Shown piece by piece: positions 36,852 to 46,513 of a stretch of 64,000 nucleotides of DNA (position 1 is its first letter; each line of letters opens with the position of its first letter). The stretch is from an uncultured Gammaproteobacteria bacterium (GTDB taxonomy: Bacteria > Patescibacteriota > Microgenomatia > UBA8517), in NCBI GenBank assembly GCA_964583685.1, contig CAZOVJ010000002.1, positions 277,862-341,861 on the forward strand, given 5' to 3'. The position numbers were made by a program, and so were the translations under genes. The notes under the pieces are model-generated. The model made no database searches. It saw only the letters and a program-made list of their open reading frames with translations, and was not told where the DNA came from.

Positions 36852-37970
36852 ATGAAAATAGCTCTAGTCCATGATTATTTAAAAGAATATGGTGGTGCCG
36901 AAAGAGTACTTGAGGCTCTCCATGAAATCTGGCCCAAAGCCCCGGTTTTTACCACTATCTATTTGCCAAAATATCTTGGACCCCATAGAAAAAGATTTAA
37001 GAAATGGACAATAAAGTCTTCGGTTTTGCAATATATTCCTTTTAAAGCCAAATTTATTAGTCTTTTCCGCCTGGTCACCCTCTTTATTTTTAGGACCATG
37101 GATTTTTCCGATTTTGATCTGGTTTTGGTTTCGGCGACTGGTGCCTATATTCCCAATTTAATCCCTAAAGGCCGGGCCATTCAGATTTGCTATTGCCATA
37201 CGCCGCCGCGCTATCTTTATGGTTACCCCACAGCCAGGCAGTGGAAAAAGAATCCGATTTTCAATATTCTCGGAGAAATAGCTAATCATTTTCTGAGACT
37301 GGTTGATTTTCGAGCAGCTCAAAATGTAGATTGTTTTATCGCCAATTCCCAGGAAGTTGCCAGGCGGATTAAGAAATTTTACCGCAAGAAATCCGTTGTT
37401 ATTTATCCGCCAGTGGATAGCCCCAAGCTGTTTAAGGGAAAGGGAAAGTATTATCTTGCCGGAGGTAGGCTGGCTCGACCGAAAAGAGTTGATTTAGCAG
37501 TAAAAGCCTGTACGAAACTGAAATTACCGCTTAAGGTCTTTGGCAAAGAATTTGCCGGATATGGAGAGGAGTTGAGAAAAATGGCTGGTCCCAATATTGA
37601 ATTTTTAGGCGAGATAGAAGATAAGAAAAAATGGGAGCTCATGCTAGGGGCCAAGGCCTTTGTTTTCCCGGCCGAAAATGAGGATTTCGGCATAACTCCA
37701 GTTGAGGCCATGGCCGTGGGAACGCCGGTTATTGCCTTAGCCTCAGGTGGCGTCTTGGAAACTGTGCTAGAAGGTAGAACCGGTGTATTTTTTAACAAGC
37801 CAACAGTTACCTCGCTGGTAAGGGCGCTCAAACACTTTAATGATTTGAACAATGATACTATTAAGAGTAAATATTGTATTCAACAAGCCAGGAAGTTCTC
37901 TAAAGAAAGGTTTAAAAAAGAAATTCGAGACTTAGTTAAAGCTCAATTATGCCGGAATTACCTGAAGTAG
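36852..37970 (+). CDS. GT4-family glycosyltransferase
   Basis: MKIALVHDYL...GGAERV N-terminus and a C-terminal E-x7-E-like region (FPAENEDFGITPVEAMA). Confidence 0.7.
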   Translation: MKIALVHDYLKEYGGAERVLEALHEIWPKAPVFTTIYLPKYLGPHRKRFKKWTIKSSVLQYIPFKAKFISLFRLVTLFIFRTMDFSDFDLVLVSATGAYIPNLIPKGRAIQICYCHTPPRYLYGYPTARQWKKNPIFNILGEIANHFLRLVDFRAAQNVDCFIANSQEVARRIKKFYRKKSVVIYPPVDSPKLFKGKGKYYLAGGRLARPKRVDLAVKACTKLKLPLKVFGKEFAGYGEELRKMAGPNIEFLGEIEDKKKWELMLGAKAFVFPAENEDFGITPVEAMAVGTPVIALASGGVLETVLEGRTGVFFNKPTVTSLVRALKHFNDLNNDTIKSKYCIQQARKFSKERFKKEIRDLVKAQLCRNYLK

Positions 37971-38764
37971 AAACCATTAGACGCGGTTTGTCAAAATTGA
38001 TTATTGGCAGAGAGATTTTGGCCATAGAAACCGACTCATCTAAGCAGCTCCAGCCTTCGCCGGCGAAAGTGAGAAAAGGAGTGGTGGGTGCAACCATAAA
38101 AGCAGTCAAAAGACGGGCCAAGCTTCTCCAGCTTTTCCTTTCAAACGGCAAAATTTTGGCAATTCATCTCAAATTGACTGGTCGGCTTTTAGTTAGGAAA
38201 AAAGGTATCCCTCGAGATGATTGGCAGCGGGTGACTCTTTTCTTAAGCGGGAATAAAGAGCTTCGTTTTACTGATTTACGCAAGTTCGGTTGGCTTAAAT
38301 TGGTAGAGAATGAAGAAGGACTAGAGAAATTGCTGGCCGCCTTTGGGCCCGAACCCCTAGATGACTTTAATCTGCCAAGGTTTCAAGCAGTTCTTGCTTC
38401 CAGCTCCCAACCAATCAAGATTGTTCTCATGAACCAGAAAAAAATTGCTGGCATCGGCAATATTTATGCCAATGAGGCTTTATTTGTGGCCAAAATTGAT
38501 CCTCGCCAACCAGCCAATAAAATTAGCCAAAAGGAGGAGAAGAGACTTTATCTGGCGATTGAGAAAGTACTGAAAGCGGGTATTAAATATCGTGGTGCTT
38601 CTCATCAATACTATCTGGATGTCCTAGGTCATAGGGGTTCCTACCAAGAGCATTTCCTGGTTTATGGTCGGCAAGGGAAGGCGTGCCCCAAGTGTGGTGA
38701 GAAGATTAAGAAGATAAAGGTTGGTGGCCGGGGAACATACTTTTGCCCAAAATGCCAACGATAG
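37949..38764 (+). CDS. mutM: formamidopyrimidine-DNA glycosylase
   Basis: MPELPEVETIRR N-terminus (catalytic Pro2/Glu3); C-terminal zinc finger CPKCGEKI...CPKC. Confidence 0.85.
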   Translation: MPELPEVETIRRGLSKLIIGREILAIETDSSKQLQPSPAKVRKGVVGATIKAVKRRAKLLQLFLSNGKILAIHLKLTGRLLVRKKGIPRDDWQRVTLFLSGNKELRFTDLRKFGWLKLVENEEGLEKLLAAFGPEPLDDFNLPRFQAVLASSSQPIKIVLMNQKKIAGIGNIYANEALFVAKIDPRQPANKISQKEEKRLYLAIEKVLKAGIKYRGASHQYYLDVLGHRGSYQEHFLVYGRQGKACPKCGEKIKKIKVGGRGTYFCPKCQR

Positions 38765-38768
38765 TGAT

Positions 38769-39857
38769 ATGTTACAAAAAGTCTCTTTATCCAATTTTCG
38801 CAACTTTAAAAGCAAAGAATTTTGTTTTTTTCCGAGAACGACTATTATTATTGGGCCAAATACTTCTGGAAAAACCAATATTTTAGAGGCTTTAGCCCTC
38901 TTATCGACTGGAAAAAGTTTTAAGGCCAGGATTGAGGAGGAAATGATTAGACATGGAGAGGCAATAGCCAGGGCTAAGGGGTTAGTAGAAAAGAGCAGCC
39001 TGGAGGTTGTTCTTACCAGGGGTGAAATAAGGGTTAGTTCGAAAGTAGAGAAGGTTGCTAGAAAAAGGTTGTTTATCAACAAAGTAGGCAAAAGACTGAT
39101 TGATTTTGCCGGGAATTTCAAAATGGTCCTTTTTGGGCCTTGGGACATGAAATTGGTGACAGAATCACCGAGTTTGCGGAGGGCCTTTTTAGATAGCGTT
39201 CTTTCTCAGGTAGATAGAGAGTATAGAAGGGCTCTTTTATCTTATGAAAAAGGATTGAGACAGAGAAATAAACTCCTTTTCAGAATTAGAGAAGGCCCGC
39301 CAGCCGGCGCGGCCGGGTCCCGTTCTCAACTACTTTTTTGGAACCAGCTTTTGATTAAAAATGGAGATTACATTTCCAGAAAAAGGGAAGAGTTCATTGG
39401 TTTTATCAATAAAACAGACCCGTTGAATAAGCAGGTTTTTGTTTTGCAATACGATAAAAATGCAATTTCAGAAAATAGGCTTGAGCAATATGGTCAAGAG
39501 GAAATTGCAGCCGCCACTACTTTAGTCGGACCGCATAGAGATGACATAATCTTCAAAATCAAAAGTCAATCCCGCCGAAGCGGGACAAAATCCAAAATAG
39601 CAAGGAACCTGGCCAGATATGGAAGTAGAGGAGAACAGAGAATGAGTGTTCTTTGGTTAAAATTGGCAGAGCTTGCTTTTATTGAGAAAGAAACAGAGGA
39701 AAGACCAACCCTTTTATTAGATGATGTTCTTTCAGAACTGGACAGGGAACACCGCCGGATTGTTGTTCAGATGGTCAAGGGAGGACAAACAATAATCACC
39801 ACTGTGGACTCGCATTTTCTTGAAAATTCTAAGAAAGATGAGATAATTAAGTTATGA
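38769..39857 (+). CDS. recF: DNA replication and repair protein RecF
   Basis: Walker A GPNTSGKTNILEA, signature-like region, and Walker B LLLDDVLSELD. Start taken at the internal Met (MLQKVSL). Confidence 0.8.
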   Translation: MLQKVSLSNFRNFKSKEFCFFPRTTIIIGPNTSGKTNILEALALLSTGKSFKARIEEEMIRHGEAIARAKGLVEKSSLEVVLTRGEIRVSSKVEKVARKRLFINKVGKRLIDFAGNFKMVLFGPWDMKLVTESPSLRRAFLDSVLSQVDREYRRALLSYEKGLRQRNKLLFRIREGPPAGAAGSRSQLLFWNQLLIKNGDYISRKREEFIGFINKTDPLNKQVFVLQYDKNAISENRLEQYGQEEIAAATTLVGPHRDDIIFKIKSQSRRSGTKSKIARNLARYGSRGEQRMSVLWLKLAELAFIEKETEERPTLLLDDVLSELDREHRRIVVQMVKGGQTIITTVDSHFLENSKKDEIIKL

Positions 39858-40135
39858 CCAAAGAACAAGATAGGGATCAGGGCGAGCCTGTTGAAGTTGG
39901 ACGCTGGGAATGGAAATGGAAATGGAAGGGGAAAACACCAGAGGGCACACCGTTTGGTTGGGAAAGAGCTAAAGTTAAAATCACTAGTCCTGAACCGCCA
40001 ACAGACAAGAAGCTTCCACTGCCAGATTGTCAAGGAGAGCTTTCAGAAACTAAACCCCCTCAAGCAGAAGAAGAAGAGGTGAATCCAGATGAGGATTGGC
40101 AAGACTTTGTCCATAAAAGCAACCCGGACCCCTAA
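39854..40135 (+). CDS. small acidic/Trp-rich hypothetical protein containing a hexanucleotide repeat
   Basis: 93 aa with WEWKWKWKGK encoded by (TGGAAA)n. Coding status is uncertain. Confidence 0.25.
   Translation: MTKEQDRDQGEPVEVGRWEWKWKWKGKTPEGTPFGWERAKVKITSPEPPTDKKLPLPDCQGELSETKPPQAEEEEVNPDEDWQDFVHKSNPDP
39905..39928. repeat. (TGGAAA)x4 imperfect hexanucleotide tandem repeat
   Basis: tgggaa tggaaa tggaaa tggaag, read directly from the sequence. Confidence 0.8.
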
Positions 40136-40139
40136 ACTT

Positions 40140-40988
40140 ATGGCCGGCTTATTCAATAAAAGTATTCTCAAAAAGCTTTATATACCCCAGGACAAATCAA
40201 ATAATGAAGAGAATGGTCAGGTAACGATTATTGGTGGCTCAAAGCTCTTTCATGGTGCCCCGATTCTTTCCCTCAAGGTTGCCTCGCGGATTGTTGACAT
40301 GGCCTTTTTTGCTTCTCCGGAGAAAAGCGTTGGCCGGGTAGCCGAAAGAGTAAAAAGCAAACTTACATCTTTTATCTGGGTTCCTTGGCAAGAGACGGAA
40401 AAATATGTCGAAAAATCCAACGCCGTTCTCATTGGCCCCGGGCTCATGCGTTTCAGAAGTGAAAAGATTCCCGACAACCAGCGACAAGAGAGGTGTGATG
40501 AAGCCTGTCAGGCTACAATTAAGATAACCAAGCATTTTTTGGCAAGGTTTCCTAACAAAAAATGGGTGATAGATGCTGGCAGTCTTCAAGTATTGGATAT
40601 AGACTGGGTTCCCCAGGAAGCGATTTTGACTCCAAATCAAAAAGAATATGAGCTTTTATTTAACAAACTACCTATTGAAAAAGCAGCCAAGAAACACAAA
40701 TGCATAATTGTTCTTAAAGGCCCCAAAACTTTGGTTTGCTCAGCTGAAAGATGTGTTGAGGTTAGAGGTGGGAATCCAGGGATGACCAAGGGTGGTACCG
40801 GAGATGTCCAGGCAGGCCTTACAGTTGGCCTTTTGGCTAAAAACGAGCCCTTTTTAGCCGCTTCTTCTGCTGCCCATATCACCAAGGTGGCTGCCGATCG
40901 CCTCTATAAACGGGTTGGCACCAATTATAACGCCGATGATCTAGCCGAAGAGATTCCAACCTTGTTTTTTCCGCAGAAAATGCGTTAA
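40140..40988 (+). CDS. ADP-dependent NAD(P)H-hydrate dehydratase (YjeF C-terminal domain family)
   Basis: GGTGDVQAGLTVGLLA motif (GxGDvLaG) and GPGL; start taken at MAGLF. Confidence 0.65.
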   Translation: MAGLFNKSILKKLYIPQDKSNNEENGQVTIIGGSKLFHGAPILSLKVASRIVDMAFFASPEKSVGRVAERVKSKLTSFIWVPWQETEKYVEKSNAVLIGPGLMRFRSEKIPDNQRQERCDEACQATIKITKHFLARFPNKKWVIDAGSLQVLDIDWVPQEAILTPNQKEYELLFNKLPIEKAAKKHKCIIVLKGPKTLVCSAERCVEVRGGNPGMTKGGTGDVQAGLTVGLLAKNEPFLAASSAAHITKVAADRLYKRVGTNYNADDLAEEIPTLFFPQKMR

Positions 40989-40999
40989 AATAATGATTA

Positions 41000-42082
41000 G
41001 TGTATACTCCTAAATTTGTAATTTCTAACAAAATCTTAAAAAACATTGGTCAAATTGAAGGAGCGCGTGAGGTAATTAAAAGTGCTCCTCTAGTACCCTC
41101 CTTTGAAAAGCAATTTCAGAGTGATGCCATTATTAGGACTGTTTATCATGGAACCCATATTGAAGGCAATGACCTGACTTTAATTCAAACAAAGAAAGTT
41201 TTAGAAGGACAGGAGGTCTATGCCCGGGCAAGAGACGTTCAGGAGGTTATCAATTATAGAAATGTGATTAAGCTTTTACAGGAGTTGATTGAGAAGAAAG
41301 GCAAATACGAAACGGATATGCTCAAAAAAATCCATTCTGTCGCAGTTTATAAAATTGTGGCCGAAGAGAAAGTGGGTATTTTTAGAACAAGTCAGGTGGT
41401 TATCAGAGAGGAGGGAACCGGGAAAGTTATTTTTACTCCGCCTTCTTTTGTTGAAGTTCCTTATCTTTTGGAAGGCTTTTTCGATTGGCTAAATTCAGAT
41501 AAAGCCAAAGAGGTTCATCCGGTCATTCGAGCGGCCATTAGTCACTATATTTTAGTTGCCATTCACCCCTTTGTTGAGGGAAACGGCCGTACTACCCGAG
41601 CATTTGCCAATTTTATCTTGTTCAATGAGGGGTATGATCTTAAGCGTTTTTTTTCTCTTGAGGAGCATTTTGACCAGGATCTAGTTTCTTATTATGATTC
41701 CTTTGCTTCGGTTGATAATCAATCAAAAAATATTGCTACGAGGGATTTGACTTCCTGGATTGAATATTTTAGCCAAGTGGTGGCTATTGAGCTGGTAAAG
41801 ATAAAAGAAAAAGTGCGTAAACTTTCGTTAGATACACGACTTAAGCTTAAAATGGGGAAACAAATAGCTTTATCCGAACGCCAGATGAGGTTGATTGAGT
41901 ACCTTTCTGACCAGGGCTCGGCGATTATGAAGGATTTAAAGCCTGTTTTGCCCATGGTTTCTGAAGATACGGTTCTCAGGGATTTAACCGACCTGATGAG
42001 CAAGGGTATAATTAAAAAAGAGGGGAGGACTAAGGCTGCCAGATATGTGATAGCGGTAAAAAGCTTAGGAGATGCCCACTGA
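41000..42082 (+). CDS. Fic-family protein (AMPylase-type motif) with C-terminal wHTH
   Basis: Canonical Fic motif HPFVEGNGRTTR; N-terminal GTHIEGNDLTL inhibitory-helix-like motif; 360 aa. Confidence 0.8.
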   Translation: MYTPKFVISNKILKNIGQIEGAREVIKSAPLVPSFEKQFQSDAIIRTVYHGTHIEGNDLTLIQTKKVLEGQEVYARARDVQEVINYRNVIKLLQELIEKKGKYETDMLKKIHSVAVYKIVAEEKVGIFRTSQVVIREEGTGKVIFTPPSFVEVPYLLEGFFDWLNSDKAKEVHPVIRAAISHYILVAIHPFVEGNGRTTRAFANFILFNEGYDLKRFFSLEEHFDQDLVSYYDSFASVDNQSKNIATRDLTSWIEYFSQVVAIELVKIKEKVRKLSLDTRLKLKMGKQIALSERQMRLIEYLSDQGSAIMKDLKPVLPMVSEDTVLRDLTDLMSKGIIKKEGRTKAARYVIAVKSLGDAH

Positions 42083-42272
42083 CCCACAGTTTTTATATAT
42101 GATTTTGGTCTTACCCGCCCTTTTTGGTCTGACTTTGGTTGGTGAAGGGTTAAATAAGGTTTTCCATGAAGAATGGAGTGGCTTTATTAGCATCTTTTTT
42201 GGTCTGTCATTTATCGCAGTGGTTATCTTTGCTTATCTTTTCTTTTCTTCCTATCTGGCTCAAAAGGTATGA
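42072..42272 (+). CDS. small membrane protein
   Basis: 66 aa with two hydrophobic helices. It overlaps the Fic stop and the ligase start. Confidence 0.3.
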   Translation: MPTDPQFLYMILVLPALFGLTLVGEGLNKVFHEEWSGFISIFFGLSFIAVVIFAYLFFSSYLAQKV

Positions 42273-44005
42273 AATTTAGAGAATTGAGTATTTATTTGGA
42301 TAAACTAGAAAAGACCTCTTCTCGTAATGAAATTACTCAGATTTTAGCTGAAGTTTTCAAAAAAGCTGGTTTTGATGAGATAGATGAGGTTTGTTATCTA
42401 CTCTTGGGCTCTTTAGCCCCCAAATCTGAGGGAATAGTTTTTAATATTGCCGAAAGAATGATGCTCAAGGTAATTGCCCAAGCATATAACAAGGATATTG
42501 AGAAAGTAAAGGAACTTTATAAGCAAAAAGGAGATTTAGGAGATGTGGCGGCCGTCCTGGTGCCAAGTCAAAAATCAACCCCACAGTCACGAGGCAAAAG
42601 TCGAGCTCTTAAAATTAAAGAAGTTTATGGAGTGCTTCTGGAAATTGCCCAGGATGAGGGAGAAAGAAGTCAGGAAAGAAAGATTAAAAAAATGGCAAAA
42701 CTTCTTGCCAGTCTTGATTCTCTAAGTGCCCATTTTGTTGCTCGGATTCCAGTTGGTAAACTGCGCTTGGGTTTTTCCGATAAGACGATTTTAGATGCAC
42801 TTTCTTGGATGAAGAAGGGCGATAAGAGTGCCAAAGCAAAACTGGAAAAAGCTTATCGGGTTACACCAGACGTTGGCCGATTGGCCCAAAAGGTTAAAAA
42901 ACTGGGTATAGATAGAGCTGTTGAAGGAACATTTCCCAGCTTGGGTATTCCCATTTTACCCATGCTTGCCCAGAGACTTAAAAATCCTCAAGAGATGATT
43001 AAGAAAATGGGTCAGGTGGCAGTTGAGCCAAAACTTGATGGGTTGAGGATTTCAATTCATTATCAGGCCGGAAAGAATGGTTTTGTTAAAGCCTTTACCA
43101 GGAATCTCAATGAGGCAAGCTGGATGTTTCCAGAGCTTAAAAAGATGGCTGAGTATGTTAAAGCAGATAAATTGATATTGGATACCGAGGCAGTGGGAGT
43201 GGATGAGAAAAGGAAGTCCTTGGTCAATTTTCAAACAACCATGACCAGAAGAAGAAAGCATGCAATCAGTGAGACCGCTTCTAAGACTCCAATTAAATTT
43301 TATGTTTTTGATATTTTGTTAAAGGATAATAAAAGTCTTTTAGATAAACCATATCTTGAAAGGCGAAAGATTTTGGAAAAAGAGGTTAATGAGGGTAAGC
43401 TTTTTCAAATTGTTGATTATCACTTAACAGATAATCCTCAAGAAATTAGTCGTCTCAATACAGAAAAGCGCAAGCAGGGTTTGGAAGGAATAATGCTTAA
43501 AAGGACAGATAGCCTTTATGTGCCTGGCAGGACCGGCTGGCGCTGGGTTAAAATGAAAGAAAGTGAGGGATTTCAAGCTAAGTTGGCAGATACAGTTGAC
43601 TGCCTAGTGATGGGTTTCACCGTTGGTAAAGGGAGACGGGCCCAATTTGGCTTGGGTCAGTTTTTGGTAGGCATAGTAGATGGGGAAAAGGTAAAAACTA
43701 TTACTAAAGTAGGCACTGGGTTAACTGATGAGCAATTTAGACAATTAAAGAAATACTTGAGTAAGCTGAAAGTAAAAGATAAACCAAAAGAATATCTGGT
43801 TAATAAAAATCTAGAGCCGGATTATTGGGTAAGACAAAGCTTGGTAGTAGAAATTGCCGCTGACGATATTACCAAAAGTCCGACTCACTCCAGTGGTTAT
43901 GCTTTGCGTTTTCCCCGCCTCGTTCGCTTCCGTGAAGACAAAAGTCCAAAGCAAGCGACAACCCTTCTTGAGGTTAAGAGACTCTTCAAATTGCAAAGTA
44001 GCTAA
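42269..44005 (+). CDS. ATP-dependent DNA ligase
   Basis: Motif I EPKLDGLR (adenylated Lys), motif IV/V regions, and an OB-fold C-terminus; 578 aa. Confidence 0.8.
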   Translation: MKFRELSIYLDKLEKTSSRNEITQILAEVFKKAGFDEIDEVCYLLLGSLAPKSEGIVFNIAERMMLKVIAQAYNKDIEKVKELYKQKGDLGDVAAVLVPSQKSTPQSRGKSRALKIKEVYGVLLEIAQDEGERSQERKIKKMAKLLASLDSLSAHFVARIPVGKLRLGFSDKTILDALSWMKKGDKSAKAKLEKAYRVTPDVGRLAQKVKKLGIDRAVEGTFPSLGIPILPMLAQRLKNPQEMIKKMGQVAVEPKLDGLRISIHYQAGKNGFVKAFTRNLNEASWMFPELKKMAEYVKADKLILDTEAVGVDEKRKSLVNFQTTMTRRRKHAISETASKTPIKFYVFDILLKDNKSLLDKPYLERRKILEKEVNEGKLFQIVDYHLTDNPQEISRLNTEKRKQGLEGIMLKRTDSLYVPGRTGWRWVKMKESEGFQAKLADTVDCLVMGFTVGKGRRAQFGLGQFLVGIVDGEKVKTITKVGTGLTDEQFRQLKKYLSKLKVKDKPKEYLVNKNLEPDYWVRQSLVVEIAADDITKSPTHSSGYALRFPRLVRFREDKSPKQATTLLEVKRLFKLQSS

Positions 44006-44029
44006 GAGCTTTTATGGTAGGATGGAGAT

Positions 44030-46513
44030 ATGCCTGCCGATATTCTGAAGACTGATCCGGATAAGGGTTTAACTTCAGAACGAGCTCATCAGAGATTGAA
44101 AACCTTTGGTCCGAATAAACTACCGGAAAGACCTCCTCCAAACGGTTTATTTATTTTGTTTTCTCAATTTAAAAATCCCCTGGTTTATGTATTAATTACT
44201 GCCGGCTTGATTACCTTATTTCTTAATCACATTTCCGATACAATAATCATCTTTTTTGCCGTTTTTATCAATGCCGTTCTTGGATTTATACAAGAACGGC
44301 GGGCAAATCGGGCACTTTATGCATTAAAAAAACTTATCCATCCAAATGCCCACGTCTTGCGTGACGGAAAATTGAAGACCATTGATGTTTCAGAAGTAGT
44401 TCCTGGAGAGATAATCATTCTCAATCAGGGCGATAAAATCTCGGCTGACGGAAGGCTTCTTGAAGCTAATAGATTGCATATTTCTGAGGCGATTCTTACC
44501 GGCGAGTCTGCTCCGGTCGAAAAAAAGCTAAAGGATAAGGTTTTAATGGGAACAGTTGTCTTAGCTGGTCAAGGAAAGATGCTGGTTGAGACAACCGGAG
44601 AAAAAACTGAGATGGGTAAGATTGCCGAGATGGTCCAAGAGCCTCAAGAAGACACACCTTTAAGGAGACAATTGGTCAAGTTTAGCAAGCAACTTTCTTT
44701 TCTGGCTTTTGTCCTGGTGATAGCTGTTTTGCTCATTGGCCTGGTTTCAGGCAGGAGTTTACTGGAAATTTTTACTACTTCTGTTGCCCTGGCTGTCTCG
44801 GCCATTCCCGAAGGCCTTTTGGTCGGACTGACAGTGGTTTTGGCAATTGGCATGCAGAGGATATTGAAAAGAAAAGGCTTGGTCAGAAATCTTATTTCAG
44901 CAGAGACATTAGGAGGAGTAACGACAATCTGTGTTGATAAGACTGGGACATTGACCAAAGGGCAAATGGAGGTGGTTGATGTCATAGGAGACGAGAAAGA
45001 AATTGTCAAACAGGTGCTTGTTGCCAATGATCTCGATGCTCCGATTGTTATTGCCGCTTATGACTGGGCCAGGAAAAGAATTGGCAACTGGAATTTGGAA
45101 GTTGGCGATTTGAAACGTAGGCAGCCGCGTCTTGATAGTATTCCTTTCTCTTCCAAAGACAAATTTTTTGCCTGTTTGAATAAAGGGGCTAAGCCGCTAG
45201 GCCGCGGTAATATCATTTTTGTCAATGGAGCCCCAGAGCTATTAATTGAATGGTCAACTTTAACTGCTACTCAGCGCAAGGCAGTAAAAGAAAAAATAGA
45301 AGAGTTAACCAAAGAAGGAAAAAGGGTTATCGGTCTTGCCAGAAAAGAAGTTTCTTCTGATACTAAGAAATTAAATCCTCTTGAGGTCAGGAAGAATCTT
45401 TCCTGGATTGGCCTCTTAGCCTTCTCAGACCCGGTCAGGCCCGGGGTGAGGAATGCCCTAGCCAGTACCAGAGCCGCAGGCATTAATCTGGTGGTGATTA
45501 CCGGCGATTATCCCCAGACAGCCATTTCTGTGATGAAGCAGCTGGATATAGAGATTGATAAAAGTTGTGTGGTGTTGGGAGATGAATTGAAACACCTTTC
45601 AGCTATCCGGCTTGCCCAGATAATAAAAGATTCCTGCAAACTAAGGCTTTTTGCCAGAACTACCCCGGTCCAGAAGCTTAAGATTGTTGAGGCTTTAAAG
45701 AAGAACGGAGAAGTGGTGGCTATGACCGGGGATGGGGTTAACGATGCACCAGCCTTAAACAAGGCAGATATAGGTATTGTTGTTGGAGATGCTACTGATG
45801 TGGCCAAAGAGAGTGCTGACCTTGTTCTTCTTGATTCAAGTTTCGCTACCATAGTGGCGGCCATTGAGGAGGGCAGGGGCATCTTTGATAATGTCAGAAA
45901 AATTATTCTTTATCTGATGAGTGATGCTTTTGAAGAAATTATTGTTGTTGTTGGCGGTCTTATTTTGGGTCTGCCGTTTCCTGTGACTGCTGCTCAGATT
46001 CTTTGGATAAATCTGATTTCAGATGGTTTTCCCGACCTTGCCTTGACAGTTGATCCGAAGAGACCGGGCATTATGAGCGAGCGGCCGCGTTCACCCAAAG
46101 AGCCTCTAGTTAGTTCCTGGATGAAAATGTTAATTTTGCTTGTTTCTGTCAGTGGTGGAATTCTTGCTCTTTGTGTCTTTATTTTGATTTTTAAAACAAG
46201 CGGAGACTATCTTCTTTCCCGCTCAGTAACCTTTGTTGTTTTGGGAATTAATACCTTGATTTATGTATTCTCAATAAGGACCTTACGAGAACCGTTTTGG
46301 AAAGAGGGCTTACTCAATAATAGGTGGCTTATCCTGGCAGTATTTGTCGGCTTTGCATTCCAACTACTCCCTTTTTACCTCCCTTCGGTGGGACGATTCT
46401 TAGGAGTGGTTCCCTTTCCTCTGCCATATTGGTTGCTCGCTTTTGCAACCTCTGGTCTAATGTTTATAATAATTGAAAGCAGTAAAGTTATTTTTCGCAG
46501 GTTATTTAAATGA
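44030..46513 (+). CDS. P-type cation-transporting ATPase (type II, Ca2+/Mg2+-like)
   Basis: DKTGTLT phosphorylation motif, TGES actuator motif, and GDGVNDAPAL; 827 aa with ~10 TMs. Confidence 0.85.
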   Translation: MPADILKTDPDKGLTSERAHQRLKTFGPNKLPERPPPNGLFILFSQFKNPLVYVLITAGLITLFLNHISDTIIIFFAVFINAVLGFIQERRANRALYALKKLIHPNAHVLRDGKLKTIDVSEVVPGEIIILNQGDKISADGRLLEANRLHISEAILTGESAPVEKKLKDKVLMGTVVLAGQGKMLVETTGEKTEMGKIAEMVQEPQEDTPLRRQLVKFSKQLSFLAFVLVIAVLLIGLVSGRSLLEIFTTSVALAVSAIPEGLLVGLTVVLAIGMQRILKRKGLVRNLISAETLGGVTTICVDKTGTLTKGQMEVVDVIGDEKEIVKQVLVANDLDAPIVIAAYDWARKRIGNWNLEVGDLKRRQPRLDSIPFSSKDKFFACLNKGAKPLGRGNIIFVNGAPELLIEWSTLTATQRKAVKEKIEELTKEGKRVIGLARKEVSSDTKKLNPLEVRKNLSWIGLLAFSDPVRPGVRNALASTRAAGINLVVITGDYPQTAISVMKQLDIEIDKSCVVLGDELKHLSAIRLAQIIKDSCKLRLFARTTPVQKLKIVEALKKNGEVVAMTGDGVNDAPALNKADIGIVVGDATDVAKESADLVLLDSSFATIVAAIEEGRGIFDNVRKIILYLMSDAFEEIIVVVGGLILGLPFPVTAAQILWINLISDGFPDLALTVDPKRPGIMSERPRSPKEPLVSSWMKMLILLVSVSGGILALCVFILIFKTSGDYLLSRSVTFVVLGINTLIYVFSIRTLREPFWKEGLLNNRWLILAVFVGFAFQLLPFYLPSVGRFLGVVPFPLPYWLLAFATSGLMFIIIESSKVIFRRLFK

